Source: a bacterium (GTDB taxonomy: Bacteria; CLD3; SB21). Taken from it: a stretch of DNA of 46,797 bases. Location of the stretch: positions 1-46,797 of the forward strand of contig JABWCP010000025.1 of assembly GCA_013360215.1 (NCBI GenBank). Direction: 5' to 3'. This document shows, one piece after another, positions 20,309 to 30,697 of the stretch. The notes beneath the pieces were generated by a model, which had not been told where the DNA came from, did no database searches, and was given only the letters and a program-made list of their open reading frames with translations. Position 1 is the stretch's first letter, and each line of letters opens with the position of its first letter. A program made the position numbers and the translations under genes.

Positions 20309-21526
20309 ATGAATATTCATGAGTACCAAGGTAAAGCCATATTAAAGAAATACGGAGTACCGATTCAAGAGGGAATCCCTGCCGCTACCGTAACGGAAGC
20401 AATAGATGCCGCCAAAGCGTTGAAAGCGCAAGGTATCGGAGCATGGGTTGTCAAAGCACAGATTCACGCCGGTGGTCGCGGTAAAGGTACTATTTATAAA
20501 GCCAAAGAGCGCAACGAAGTGGTGCAGCACGGCGGTGTAAAATTCACACCGGATATTAATAAAGTTGCAGAATATGCCGAAAAAATGTTGGGCAATGTGC
20601 TTGTCACGCATCAGACCGGCGATCAGGGAAAACTGATCAAAAAAGTTTTGGTTGCCGAAGGTCTTGATATTGCCAAAGAACTCTATGTCGGTTTGGTGTT
20701 AGATCGTGCACGCTCCCAATATGTGATGATGGCCTCTACTGAAGGCGGCGTCGAAATCGAAAAAGTGGCGGAAGAGCATCCCGAAAAAATCATCAAAGAA
20801 TACGTTGATCCGACGGTCGGCTTTCGTGCGTTTCAGGCGCAGCGCCTCGGGTTTGCCCTCGGGCTCGAAGGCGATATTCACAAAAATTTTGTGAAGTTTG
20901 CCATGGCGCTGTACGATGCGTTTATCGGAACGGATTCGTCACTGTTTGAAATCAACCCGCTGGTCATTACCAAAGATAACCGTGTCGTGGCGCTTGATGC
21001 CAAAATTAATTTTGATGATAACGCTCTGTATCGTCATCCCGATCTTGCCGCATTGCGTGACATTGACGAAGAAGATCCGCTCGAAGTGGAAGCGTCAAAA
21101 TATAATCTCAATTACGTTAAACTGGACGGCAATGTCGGTTGTATGGTCAACGGTGCCGGTTTGGCCATGGCGACAATGGACATCATCAAACTGGCCGGTG
21201 CCAATCCCGCTAACTTCTTGGATGTCGGCGGCGGTGCTAACCCACAAACCGTAGAAAATGGTTTTAAAATCATTTTGTCGGATCCGCATGTAAAAGCCAT
21301 TTTCATCAATATTTTTGGCGGTATTGTGCGTTGCGATCGTATTGCTAACGGTGTCGTGCAAGCTGCAAAGAACGTCAATATTCGCGTACCGTTGATCGTT
21401 CGCCTCAAAGGCACCAACGCGGAAGAAGCGAAAGAAATCCTGAGAAAATCGGGAATACCGATGCTCGTGGCCAATGAGCTCAACGACGCAGCCGATATGA
21501 TATTGCAGGCGGTAAAGAAAAATTAA
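20309..21526 (+). CDS. sucC: Succinate--CoA ligase (ADP-forming) beta subunit
   Basis: MNIHEYQGK start after [40 protein letters not shown]. Confidence 0.97.
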   Translation: MNIHEYQGKAILKKYGVPIQEGIPAATVTEAIDAAKALKAQGIGAWVVKAQIHAGGRGKGTIYKAKERNEVVQHGGVKFTPDINKVAEYAEKMLGNVLVTHQTGDQGKLIKKVLVAEGLDIAKELYVGLVLDRARSQYVMMASTEGGVEIEKVAEEHPEKIIKEYVDPTVGFRAFQAQRLGFALGLEGDIHKNFVKFAMALYDAFIGTDSSLFEINPLVITKDNRVVALDAKINFDDNALYRHPDLAALRDIDEEDPLEVEASKYNLNYVKLDGNVGCMVNGAGLAMATMDIIKLAGANPANFLDVGGGANPQTVENGFKIILSDPHVKAIFINIFGGIVRCDRIANGVVQAAKNVNIRVPLIVRLKGTNAEEAKEILRKSGIPMLVANELNDAADMILQAVKKN

Positions 21527-21532
21527 AAAACC

Positions 21533-21558
21533 AAATTCCCGCGCAAGCGGGAATTTTT
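21533..21558 (+). terminator. Terminator-like hairpin between sucC and add
   Basis: AAATTCCCGC-GCAA-GCGGGAATTT plus T run. Confidence 0.7.
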
Positions 21559-21571
21559 ATAGGCGGATACC

Positions 21572-22666
21572 ATGGCAAAAAAAGAACTCAATCGCATCGA
21601 AGTAACAGAAGAACTGATTCACCGTCTTCCTAAAACCGAACTTCATTGTCACCTTGACGGCAGTAATCGCGTCGAGACGCTGATCGAATTGGCTAAAGAA
21701 CAAAATGTTCAATTGCCGTTCGAAGATCCGGTCAAATTAAAATCTTATCTTGAAGTCGGTGATAAGTGTGAAAACCTGGTGGATTACCTCAAAGGTTTTG
21801 CGATCACGCTCAGCGTGATGCAGGAAGCGTATGCGATTGAGCGCACGGCGTTTGAGCTGGCGGAGGATGCGGCCAAAGAAAACGTACGTTATCTGGAAGT
21901 ACGTTTTTCGCCGATTCTGCACATCAATCGCGGACTGCGTCTCACCGAGATTGTGGACGCGGTGATCCGTGGACTCGAACGCGCCGAATCCAAATATAAA
22001 ATCAAAACGGGTATTATTATTTGCGGTATGCGCAATATCAGCCCTGAAACTTCTCTGCGACTGGCCGAATTGACCGTCGCCTACAAAGGGAAAAAAGTCA
22101 TGGCCTTTGATCTTGCCGGTCAAGAGGACAGTTATCCGGCAAAAGATCACCGTGCGGCATTTGAGCTCATACTCAAAAATAACGTCAATACGACCGCCCA
22201 CGCCGGCGAAGCCTATGGACCGGATTCGATCAAACAAGCGATCCATGACTGCGGTGCACACCGTATCGGCCACGGTACACGCCTTATCGAGGACGGCGAT
22301 CTGCTTAACTATGTCAATGATCACCGCATTCCGCTTGAGATTTGCCTTACGAGCAATGTCCAGACCAAAGCCGTAAAAGATTTTTCGTCGCATCCGTTGC
22401 GCACCTATTATGATTTCGGTTTGCGCGTCACGGTCAATACGGATAACCGATTGATTTCCGGTACAACCGTAACCAAAGAAATTTATCGTGCGGCGAAAAC
22501 TTTTGATCTGTCGTTTGATGATGTTTGCAACATCATTATCAATGGCTTCAAAAGTACATTTCTTCCATACCGTGAGCGCGTCGTTCTGCTCAATGATGCG
22601 TTGGCCGAGCTGCAAAGCTTTGAATTTGAATCCAGCTATATCAAAGATAAAGCGCAGGCCAATTAA
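21572..22666 (+). CDS. add: Adenosine deaminase
   Basis: LPKTELHCHLDGS, HAGE, RIGHG, CLTSN, NTDN. Confidence 0.94.
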   Translation: MAKKELNRIEVTEELIHRLPKTELHCHLDGSNRVETLIELAKEQNVQLPFEDPVKLKSYLEVGDKCENLVDYLKGFAITLSVMQEAYAIERTAFELAEDAAKENVRYLEVRFSPILHINRGLRLTEIVDAVIRGLERAESKYKIKTGIIICGMRNISPETSLRLAELTVAYKGKKVMAFDLAGQEDSYPAKDHRAAFELILKNNVNTTAHAGEAYGPDSIKQAIHDCGAHRIGHGTRLIEDGDLLNYVNDHRIPLEICLTSNVQTKAVKDFSSHPLRTYYDFGLRVTVNTDNRLISGTTVTKEIYRAAKTFDLSFDDVCNIIINGFKSTFLPYRERVVLLNDALAELQSFEFESSYIKDKAQAN

Positions 22667-22689
22667 GGAAGTATTAGTCTGCCGCCACA

Positions 22690-22837
22690 TGGAAGTGCGT
22701 TCTAACTTAGGTTAAAAACCGTTGTACCATTCTGCTGTTTGTCGGCGTATCATCACGATGATCGTGTGATAACGCAGATTTGCAAATGAGTCGGTGCCGC
22801 GTTGCAAGGTTAGTTCGTCAAGCTGTAAAGCATTCCA
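22690..22837 (+). ncRNA. Candidate rod-shaped structured RNA (6S-like architecture)
   Basis: Nested end-to-centre complementarity with internal bubble; G-U pairs valid on plus strand; no ORF. Confidence 0.4.
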
Positions 22838-22905
22838 AGAATTCTGTTTACATCTTCTTTTCCAAACGATTATCGTAGAATAGACTACCCATCCTTGTTT
22901 TTGTT

Positions 22906-22933
22906 TTGATCTCTTAAAAAACCTGATTACAAT
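22906..22933 (+). promoter_or_regulatory. Predicted promoter of xerD
   Basis: TTGATC-N16-TACAAT. Confidence 0.4.
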
Positions 22934-22968
22934 CGCATGGGATGCTTTTCACGTGTAAATAAGCGATT

Positions 22969-23856
22969 ATGAAACACCATCTTCAGGACTTCATAGATTA
23001 TCTTTCGGTTGAACAAAACGTTTCACCGAATACGCTCGCTTCCTATCGTAACGATTTGGAACGCTATCTGAAGTTTGTCATGGAATCACGCGAACGAAAA
23101 AAAATCGAAGATGTTACCATGCAAGACGTGCGTGAGCTTGTGCAAACGCTGGATGGCCTTGGGCTTACGGCAAAAAGCATCGCCCGTAATTTATCCGCCA
23201 TCCGTACGTTTCATAAATTTCTTTTACAGGAAGAAATTCTTGAAAACGATCCTGCCGAATTGATTGACCTTCCCAAAATCGAAAAAACCTTACCTTCGGT
23301 ACTGGAGGTGCCGGAAATCGAAACGTTGCTTGAGCAACCGGACACCTCGTCCCGGCTCGGTATCCGAGACCGCGCAATGATCGAATTGCTATACGCGTGC
23401 GGTATGCGCATCTCGGAACTACTGACGATCAAGCAGTTGGATATTTTTTCGGATTACGTTCGGGTATTTGGCAAGGGCTCCAAAGAACGTATTGTGCCTA
23501 TGGGCGATACCGCGGGATATTGGGTAACCTATTATCGGGAGAAAGTGCGTCCGCACCTTGCGGCGAGCGGATCGGCGGACGAAGTACTTTTTTTGAATGC
23601 GCAAGGTAAGCGGATGAGCCGGATGGGATTTTGGAAAATCTTAAAAAAATACGTCACGATGGCCGGCATTCAGAAAGAGGTTACACCGCATACATTTCGT
23701 CACTCCTTTGCCACACATCTTCTTGAGGGCGGTGCCGATTTGCGTGTCGTGCAAGAGTTGCTTGGTCATTCGGATATCTCGACCACACAGATCTATACGC
23801 ATATTGATCGCGAATACCTCAAAGAAGTGCACAAGACATTTCACCCGCGAGGATAG
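22969..23856 (+). CDS. xerD: Site-specific tyrosine recombinase XerD
   Basis: [59 protein letters not shown]-terminus. Confidence 0.94.
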   Translation: MKHHLQDFIDYLSVEQNVSPNTLASYRNDLERYLKFVMESRERKKIEDVTMQDVRELVQTLDGLGLTAKSIARNLSAIRTFHKFLLQEEILENDPAELIDLPKIEKTLPSVLEVPEIETLLEQPDTSSRLGIRDRAMIELLYACGMRISELLTIKQLDIFSDYVRVFGKGSKERIVPMGDTAGYWVTYYREKVRPHLAASGSADEVLFLNAQGKRMSRMGFWKILKKYVTMAGIQKEVTPHTFRHSFATHLLEGGADLRVVQELLGHSDISTTQIYTHIDREYLKEVHKTFHPRG

Positions 23857-23934
23857 GTATTATTATTCTGATAATGCGTACTGCACTTTTAAATCGCTTG
23901 CCATTAGCGGAGAAATCGGATAGATTGCGCATCT

Positions 23935-25365
23935 ATGTTACGCCGAATACGCGCTAAAATTCAAAATAAACTCATCGTTACGTTTGCCGCGTTTTGCCTT
24001 ACCATATTCAGCGCCAGCGGAATTATTCATTATTGGTACACCGAGAGCAGTCTTGATGAAGAACTCGGGAAGAAACTGCTGGCCGTCGCGCAGGCCGCCA
24101 AACTTCAGATACATACCGAAATGGTTTCCAAGCTTGAGTCCGGCGATGAAAATTCGCGCACTTACCGTACGTTTAAACAGAAATTGACGGATCTGCGCGA
24201 TGCGACCGATGTTGAGCGAATTTATATCATTGATCCCAACGGGCGGAGTCTTATGGATACGGAGGAAGGCGTACGTATCGGGTATGCGTATCCTTTTCTC
24301 AAGTTTAATCAATACGAATTTGAACGCGCGGCCGCCGGATTGCCATCGCACTCCATATTGTTTGAGACATATGACGGAAAATTATATAAAACAGCCTTTG
24401 TGGCGCTCACGGTGAACGGGCAGACCCATGGCGTCATCGCTGTGGACGGCAGCGCGACGTTCTTATATTTGATGAAGCGCATCGAATGGCATTTAATCAC
24501 CGTCGGCATCATCGGTGTGGTTGTGTCCGTAGCAATCGGGTTTTATTTTTCACGTTCTATTTCTACGCCGATAAAACAGATTATGGTCGAAGCGGAACAT
24601 ATCGGCAGCGGAAAGCTTGATCGCAAAATTGCTATTCAAACCGGCGATGAGGTGGGTTTTTTGGGACGTACTATGGATCGCATGCGTGAAAATATCCTTA
24701 AACGCGATCAGTATATGAAAACTATGTTGGCCGGCGTAGCGCATGAATTGCGCAATCCGCTTGGCGGGATGGAATTGTATGCCCATTTACTGAATAAAGA
24801 AATTCCGGACGGCGATAACCGCAAGAAAGCTATTCTCAAAGTCTTGCGCGAGTTGGATGTAATGAAACAAATCGTGAATGATTTTTTAGACTACGCACGA
24901 CCTAAAGAGCCGCAACCGATGGTCTGTGATTTGTCCAAACTTATTGATGAAATTCGAATCAATCTTTCGGCGCTTACGACGGAAAAATCGGTACAGTGGG
25001 AAGTCGAGTTGAATGAGAAACAAGTTTATGCGGATCCGGGGCACTTGCGGCAAATTTTGATCAATCTGATCGAAAATGCCATGCAGTCGGGTAATGTGTT
25101 GCCCCGCGTGCGTATCGTGTCGCAGCGTGTCAATGCGATGATCGAAATTACCGTCGAGGATAACGGACATGGCATCGAGGATAATATAAAAGAGAAAATC
25201 TTTGATCCGTTCTTTACGACGAAAGAAAAGGGCTCCGGTTTAGGTTTAGCCATCGTAAAAAAATTTGTAGATGAAAACAACGGAGATATAACCATTACGT
25301 CGAGTGGAGCGACTGGTACGATTGTGCATTTGGTCTTTCCGACAAAAGAAGGGGTGTCTGCATGA
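23935..25365 (+). CDS. HAMP-domain sensor histidine kinase
   Basis: Two TM segments, HAMP, AHELRNPL, NLIENA, DNGHG, FFTTK.GSGLGL. Confidence 0.93.
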   Translation: MLRRIRAKIQNKLIVTFAAFCLTIFSASGIIHYWYTESSLDEELGKKLLAVAQAAKLQIHTEMVSKLESGDENSRTYRTFKQKLTDLRDATDVERIYIIDPNGRSLMDTEEGVRIGYAYPFLKFNQYEFERAAAGLPSHSILFETYDGKLYKTAFVALTVNGQTHGVIAVDGSATFLYLMKRIEWHLITVGIIGVVVSVAIGFYFSRSISTPIKQIMVEAEHIGSGKLDRKIAIQTGDEVGFLGRTMDRMRENILKRDQYMKTMLAGVAHELRNPLGGMELYAHLLNKEIPDGDNRKKAILKVLRELDVMKQIVNDFLDYARPKEPQPMVCDLSKLIDEIRINLSALTTEKSVQWEVELNEKQVYADPGHLRQILINLIENAMQSGNVLPRVRIVSQRVNAMIEITVEDNGHGIEDNIKEKIFDPFFTTKEKGSGLGLAIVKKFVDENNGDITITSSGATGTIVHLVFPTKEGVSA

Positions 25366-26030
25366 GGTTACGGTATTTGTTGTGTGCAGTAGTGATGTTG
25401 TCGTATAGTTTTGGTATACAGGCGCAAGAGCAAACGCCATCCGGCCCATCAAAAAAGAAAGCGATTATACTATCCTTATTAGCGCCCGGTACGGGTGAAT
25501 TGTATTTATCGGATTGGAAATTTGAGCGATGGGGAAGCGGTAAGTATTTTGCTACGGCGGAAGTATTGTTTTGGGCTACTCATTTTTATACGCGTGCGTA
25601 CAGCGGATGGCTTAAAGAAGACGCTCGCGCTTTGGCGGCAAGAAAAGCCGGCGTAGATATCCGATCACCTAAACCGGCGAAATACTATGTGAATATCGGG
25701 AAGTATCGCGATATCTACACGTACAATGAAACGCAGCGCCGTGCAACAGGAACGGATTTTTTATATGATGAGACCGATGCCAACTATTGGCAGTGGCAAA
25801 AAGATTCTGATCGTCGGAAGTACGATAAGATGCGTGCCGATACGAAGCGATTTCGTCAGGTTTCTACATATATGTATTTTGGTTTGTTTGTCAATCATGT
25901 GATGAGTATCGTACATGTGACGCGTCAATATAAGCGCATGACCACGGCTCAAAGCACGACCGGATGGAGATTTTATATCGAACCGCCGAGCACAGGAACG
26001 GCTCGCATTCAATTAGTTAAAACTTTTTAA
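25362..26030 (+). CDS. Hypothetical exported/membrane protein (DUF5683-like SLLAPG.GE.Y motif)
   Basis: Signal peptide, ATGA overlap with kinase gene, C-terminal Phe. Confidence 0.7.
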   Translation: MRLRYLLCAVVMLSYSFGIQAQEQTPSGPSKKKAIILSLLAPGTGELYLSDWKFERWGSGKYFATAEVLFWATHFYTRAYSGWLKEDARALAARKAGVDIRSPKPAKYYVNIGKYRDIYTYNETQRRATGTDFLYDETDANYWQWQKDSDRRKYDKMRADTKRFRQVSTYMYFGLFVNHVMSIVHVTRQYKRMTTAQSTTGWRFYIEPPSTGTARIQLVKTF

Positions 26031-26047
26031 TTCACATAAAACATGTT

Positions 26048-27670
26048 ATGAAAAACAAAGAAAGTAAAACCAAAAACACACCTCCTTTGAAATCGTCCGA
26101 ATTGACGGATTGGAATCAAACGAAAACATGGTTGTTATTATCCATGTCAACCGTAGTATTGACACTTATCTATTATATGGTCAATTCACCGCGCCCGTAT
26201 GACGATGATAACATAGGGCGTTATTTTATGTCGCAGGCGGCGTTTGTGAAGCCCGGATATTTTTTGGATATCTGGGGGCGCCCGATGGCTATTTTGCTGT
26301 TTTCGATTCCGGCTCAGTTTGGGTATTGGTATGTCGCTTCCGGTGTAGCTCTTTTGACCGTGATGACATGTTTTTTTACCTATAAAGCCGCACAGGAAAG
26401 TGGACGGCCTTATGCTTGGATGGTTGTACTTTTTGTTTTTTTTCAACCGTTGGTCTTAACGACATCATTTAGTTTATGTGCCGAACCGCTGGCGGCTTTT
26501 TTCGTTGCCATCGCATTATATTTTTATTATCGCAATAAGTTATGGCAAGCCGCTTTACTTTTCTCGATGGTGCCCTTGGCGCGCTCCGAGACGGTGCTTA
26601 TACTTCCTTTGATAGCGATTCCCTGGCTGCGTGAACGCCGATGGGTACCGGTATTGCTGCTTGGTACGGGTTTAGCCGTGTATCAAATCGCCGGCATGAT
26701 TTCGACAGGAGACCCGCTGTATCTGTTGACCCAATCCAAAGCTTTTGGGCACGGGTTATATCAAAACGGACCTTTTGAACATTATTTTCAGCGATTTATT
26801 TTTATTACGGGTCCTGTGATTTTTGTTTTTCTATTGTTCCAGTTGGTCTCGGATATCAGATTACGCAAGCTGTCTCTACTTAATACTTCTGTGGTTTTGA
26901 TGTTTGCGGTGCATGTATATTTCTACTGGAAAGGGAATGTAGCCTCGGTCGGTTTTTTACGTCATTTTGTAGCCGTCGGTCCCATGATCGCTCTTTTAGC
27001 CTTGGATGGATTCAATCGTTGGATCGGGTTTGAGGATAAACAAAAAACAAATTCAGTCGTTTGGGATGCATTTATATTAGCGGCACTAAGCGTTTTGATT
27101 TTGGCATACTACTCGTTTGAATTGGTTGGCCAGTATTTTTTATCGGATAAAGCAGAACATCTTAAATTCGGAACAGCGCTTGTTTTATTTTTATTATTTA
27201 TTTTAAGAGCGGTACTTAAATTAGATGGAATTTTCTTTAAAAAAATGATGATCACCGGGACTGTCATACTAACGGTAGCCTATTGTTTTGTTAAAGAAAA
27301 ACCGCTTACGTTTGCTCCCGAGCATCAGACCGTAAAAAATTGTTATGACTATTATAAAGAGAACATCCGTGGTAAAACGCCCAAAGTCATGATCGCACAC
27401 ACATGGTGGTTTTTCTTTGATAATTTTAATAACTATACCAAAACAATGGAAGAGGGTGGCTATGAAAGTATGCGAAAAGAGAAGCTTGCGGATTTACCTG
27501 TCGGAAGCTTCGTAATTTGGGATTCGCACTATAGCCATCGTTTGAGTTCCAATGTTCAACTTCGCGAAGATCTGGCGGGTGATAAGAATTTTCAACTCAA
27601 GCAGCAATTCCTATCGTCCGATCAAAAATTTGTCATCTACATTTTTGAAAAGGTAAAACAACCGTCATGA
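26048..27670 (+). CDS. Polytopic membrane protein, probable GT-C fold glycosyltransferase
   Basis: Acidic DDD after first TM, many TM helices, AEPL and ARSE motifs, soluble C-terminal domain. Confidence 0.65.
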   Translation: MKNKESKTKNTPPLKSSELTDWNQTKTWLLLSMSTVVLTLIYYMVNSPRPYDDDNIGRYFMSQAAFVKPGYFLDIWGRPMAILLFSIPAQFGYWYVASGVALLTVMTCFFTYKAAQESGRPYAWMVVLFVFFQPLVLTTSFSLCAEPLAAFFVAIALYFYYRNKLWQAALLFSMVPLARSETVLILPLIAIPWLRERRWVPVLLLGTGLAVYQIAGMISTGDPLYLLTQSKAFGHGLYQNGPFEHYFQRFIFITGPVIFVFLLFQLVSDIRLRKLSLLNTSVVLMFAVHVYFYWKGNVASVGFLRHFVAVGPMIALLALDGFNRWIGFEDKQKTNSVVWDAFILAALSVLILAYYSFELVGQYFLSDKAEHLKFGTALVLFLLFILRAVLKLDGIFFKKMMITGTVILTVAYCFVKEKPLTFAPEHQTVKNCYDYYKENIRGKTPKVMIAHTWWFFFDNFNNYTKTMEEGGYESMRKEKLADLPVGSFVIWDSHYSHRLSSNVQLREDLAGDKNFQLKQQFLSSDQKFVIYIFEKVKQPS

Positions 27671-28446
27671 TTCGTCCATCCGATTTCGCCAATTGGCAGG
27701 AATATTATTTTACGTATCAGAACATACTGGCCAAACAATATCTCATTCCCATGCTGGAGCAATGGGGCGTTTCCATTGACGGAAAAAAAATTTTAGAGAT
27801 CGGCTGTGGAAGCGGTGGGGTGATAGAGGCGTTTGCCGAACGCGCATCGAAAGCGGTCGGCGTGGAGCTAAATCCTTTTGATTATACCAAACTTAATACT
27901 CCCAAAGTGCAATACGTTACCGCCGATATCTATGATCCTTCACATCGTGAGCGGTATGCCGATAAATATGATATTATACTATTTCGTGACGTGATCGAAC
28001 ATTTGCCTAAAAAGAAAGAAGCATTTGAGATATGCGATACGCTGTTAAGTGAAAACGGTGTTATTTTTATTACGTTTCCGCCGTATTACGGGCCTTATGG
28101 CGCACATCAGCAGGTTTTCTCGAAAACTTTTTTGGGAAAATTACCCTATACGCATTTACTACCTAACTCATTGTATATCAAGTACGTGAAAACAGTGGAA
28201 AAGGGGAACGATGCCGCACTGCAAGTAGCACATGAACTGATCGCCAGTCAAACTACAATTGGCTCCCTAAAAAAATCCATTCGCGCATCGGCTTTCAAAA
28301 TTGATCGTTATGATTATTATTTGGTGCGGCCATCCTATGAAATTCGCTATGGGAAAAAACCACGTAAAATAAATTTAATGAAGTACTTACCATTCATCCG
28401 TGAGTTTTTTGTTTTAGGTATGTACATGACCATGCGAAGAAAATGA
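27667..28446 (+). CDS. Class I SAM-dependent methyltransferase
   Basis: ILEIGCGSGG, YDII..DVIEHL; ATGA overlap with upstream gene. Confidence 0.9.
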   Translation: MIRPSDFANWQEYYFTYQNILAKQYLIPMLEQWGVSIDGKKILEIGCGSGGVIEAFAERASKAVGVELNPFDYTKLNTPKVQYVTADIYDPSHRERYADKYDIILFRDVIEHLPKKKEAFEICDTLLSENGVIFITFPPYYGPYGAHQQVFSKTFLGKLPYTHLLPNSLYIKYVKTVEKGNDAALQVAHELIASQTTIGSLKKSIRASAFKIDRYDYYLVRPSYEIRYGKKPRKINLMKYLPFIREFFVLGMYMTMRRK

Positions 28447-28457
28447 CCTGATTTTAC

Positions 28458-28486
28458 TTGACTTAATTAGTTATTTATTTTATAAT
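28458..28486 (+). promoter_or_regulatory. Strong predicted sigma70 promoter of HU/IHF gene
   Basis: TTGACT-N17-TATAAT. Confidence 0.75.
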
Positions 28487-28546
28487 TGGGCGAATTTAGT
28501 TGATTTTATTTGTTTTAGCTTTGCGCGTGCATTAGGAGATTCTCCA

Positions 28547-28864
28547 ATGAAAACTATGACCAAAAAAGATGTTTCCAAACGTGTAGCTGATAAGCTTGGT
28601 CAAAAAATTCACGAAGTGGAACACGTTGTAGATATTGTATTTGATTCGATCCGGGAGATACTCTCCGAGGCCGATCCGGATGTCAGGATCGAAGTGCGCG
28701 ATTTTGGAGTGTTTGAAGTCAAAACAACCAAAGCCAAACCCAAAGCACGCAATCCGAAAACCGGCGAGATTATATTTGTTCCCCCGCGTCGTAAAACACA
28801 TTTTAAACCCGGTAAGTTGCTCAAAGAGGTTTTGAAACAACCCCTGAAGGGCGAGCAGGAATAA
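28547..28864 (+). CDS. HU/IHF family DNA-binding protein
   Basis: MTKKD, IEVRDFGVF, ARNPKTGE, FKPGK; AGGAG RBS. Confidence 0.93.
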   Translation: MKTMTKKDVSKRVADKLGQKIHEVEHVVDIVFDSIREILSEADPDVRIEVRDFGVFEVKTTKAKPKARNPKTGEIIFVPPRRKTHFKPGKLLKEVLKQPLKGEQE

Positions 28865-28888
28865 AAGAAATAATTTTATATGAATAAT

Positions 28889-28917
28889 AAGCCATGGAAA
28901 AAACCATGGCTTTTTTT
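28889..28917 (+). terminator. Intrinsic terminator after HU/IHF gene
   Basis: AAGCCATGG-AAAAAA-CCATGGC followed by T7. Confidence 0.75.
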
Positions 28918-29355
28918 ATGGAAAAAGGACGCATTTTAGCTATTGATTACGGTGAGCGGCGTGTCGGTCTTGCGATCACGGATCCGATGCAGATCATTGC
29001 ATCCGGCCTAACGACGCTGGCAGTCGAAAATGACCGTCATGCTGCCAATCAGATTGCTCAAATAATTTCGAAAGAAGATGTGACGGAAATAATAATTGGT
29101 CTGCCCATAGCACCAAGCGGTGAGGCTACGGAAAAGACACGTACCGTCAATCAATTCATATCCATCCTCAAAGAAAAAACGGCGCTTCCGATTATTCCCT
29201 GGGAAGAACGTTTTTCCACCGTGTCGGCGCAACGACTTTTGATCGAGGCGGAAGAAAAGAAAAAACGCCGCACTAAAGAAAAAATAGATACGTTAGCGGC
29301 GCTGGTGATTCTTCAGCATTATCTCGATTACCTGCGCCTTCATCCAAAAAAATAA
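28918..29355 (+). CDS. ruvX: YqgF/RuvX family pre-16S rRNA nuclease / resolvase
   Basis: ILAIDYGERRVGLA, IIGLP, EERFST, ID..AA..ILQ; ORF track start 28894 lies inside the terminator hairpin. Confidence 0.92.
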   Translation: MEKGRILAIDYGERRVGLAITDPMQIIASGLTTLAVENDRHAANQIAQIISKEDVTEIIIGLPIAPSGEATEKTRTVNQFISILKEKTALPIIPWEERFSTVSAQRLLIEAEEKKKRRTKEKIDTLAALVILQHYLDYLRLHPKK

Positions 29356-29656
29356 GACCACTTGCGACACGTGGAGGATATGTTCGCCTTCTATATCTCG
29401 TTCAAAGAACGTAGAATGAATGCAAAACGCGCACCATTCGCTTGTGACGCATTCTTAGAAGCCGTTATGCCACAAAACCCAACCAATCGTTTACGCGCAG
29501 TTCAAAAACTGAAACCGACTTAACTTATCGAAATGGCCTCTACTTATAAGTTTATGTTTTTTGGTTGTTGCTAAAAAAAAATTGCATTATTAGTAACTAC
29601 TTACGTATATTGTATCCAATAAACAGAGTTAATTAACCCCAAAAGTGATCGATGTT

Positions 29657-30178
29657 ATGAAAAACTTCTCCTTTTTTTTCGCTTGTTTGATGGTAATAAC
29701 TATGGATTCATTTGCCCAAACGAAAACAGATTCCATTGAAACCGTGGCCAGAGAATATATGAAGGCATACAGCAATTGGGACTTTGAGAAAATGAAATCA
29801 TTTTACTCCGACGGTGTTCATTTTGAAGACCCAACCGCGACCGAAGCATTTGGTCAGCCTTATGTTTTCGACGGAAAAGAAAAAGTACATGGTTTTTTTA
29901 ATAACGTTTTTAAAGATCGTTTCAAGAACGATAGACCACCCTACGTAAAATTTAATATGGAGAGAGTTTTCAGTACGGGATCCTTGGTTATTATTTCTTC
30001 CACATTTGAGTGTATCGTACCGACATCGTGGTACAAGGAAAAAAGCGATGAAGCGCTTCTAATTTCGATCCCGTTTGTCACCATTTTGGAGGTCAAAAAT
30101 GGCCAAATTACAAAGCATTTTGATTATGGGGACTACAAAAAATATAATGCACAAATTAGAGCTCAATTGAACAAATAA
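29657..30178 (+). CDS. Exported SnoaL/NTF2-like protein
   Basis: Signal peptide, FEDPT, GQITKHFDYGDY; AT-rich. Confidence 0.75.
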   Translation: MKNFSFFFACLMVITMDSFAQTKTDSIETVAREYMKAYSNWDFEKMKSFYSDGVHFEDPTATEAFGQPYVFDGKEKVHGFFNNVFKDRFKNDRPPYVKFNMERVFSTGSLVIISSTFECIVPTSWYKEKSDEALLISIPFVTILEVKNGQITKHFDYGDYKKYNAQIRAQLNK

Positions 30179-30277
30179 TTCATTTCATCAATGTTGTACA
30201 ATCCGCAATCTCGGGCATAAGTTTATGCTTTGTAATCATTTATTGGAGTCTTATCCGTTCGGATGGGCAGTCGATGA

Positions 30278-30697
30278 ATGTCGAAAATACTACCATACAA
30301 ACATAGTATCATCGGCTTCCGATTCCTTACATGGCGGGGTTCGCACGAACCTATGAAGGAGATATTAACTCAACCTGCGTGGATTCCTGCGGTGCAGTGG
30401 AGCCGAAAAGATTCGTATTATTTTTCTACACGTACCAATGAAGTCGGTCGGGCCTCCTTAGGAGGTCAAGCCGATAAAATAAAATTAAAAGGCGCTGAAA
30501 ATATCCATGTTTTTGTCAAAGCAAGGGATCGCATCTTCGCCGGAGATACCGACGGTAATGTGTGGCGTATGAACGGGCTTGAACGAGAAATCGTTTATAC
30601 AGGATCAACGGCGGTGACGGCCTTGAGTGCATCACCGGATGACCGTGTAGTTTATGCCGGTTTTATGGATGGTTTAATATTCAAATTGCAAAAATAG
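30278..30697 (+). CDS. Hypothetical protein, WD40/beta-propeller-like fragment (possibly truncated)
   Basis: IFAGDTDGNVW and VTALSASPDDRVVYAGFMDG blades; too short for a full propeller. Confidence 0.45.
   Translation: MSKILPYKHSIIGFRFLTWRGSHEPMKEILTQPAWIPAVQWSRKDSYYFSTRTNEVGRASLGGQADKIKLKGAENIHVFVKARDRIFAGDTDGNVWRMNGLEREIVYTGSTAVTALSASPDDRVVYAGFMDGLIFKLQK

Noticed and set aside
20309..21526. sucC without adjacent sucD; ruvB without ruvA
   Set aside because: Split arrangements are common in FCB-group genomes
21737..22690. 317-aa minus-strand ORF (and similar ones at 5203-5853, 35708-36334, 16320-16901)
   Set aside because: Antisense shadows of well-conserved genes; no recognisable motifs
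22946..22961. parS-like CTTTTCACGTGTAAAT upstream of xerD
   Set aside because: About five mismatches to consensus; only the CACGTG core is convincing
22969..23856. Tyrosine recombinase as integron or phage integrase
   Set aside because: Typical XerD length and motifs, no IntI insertion, no att sites or mobile cargo
29380..29523. Short ORF after GGAGG downstream of ruvX
   Set aside because: RBS only 2 nt from ATG and no recognisable protein features
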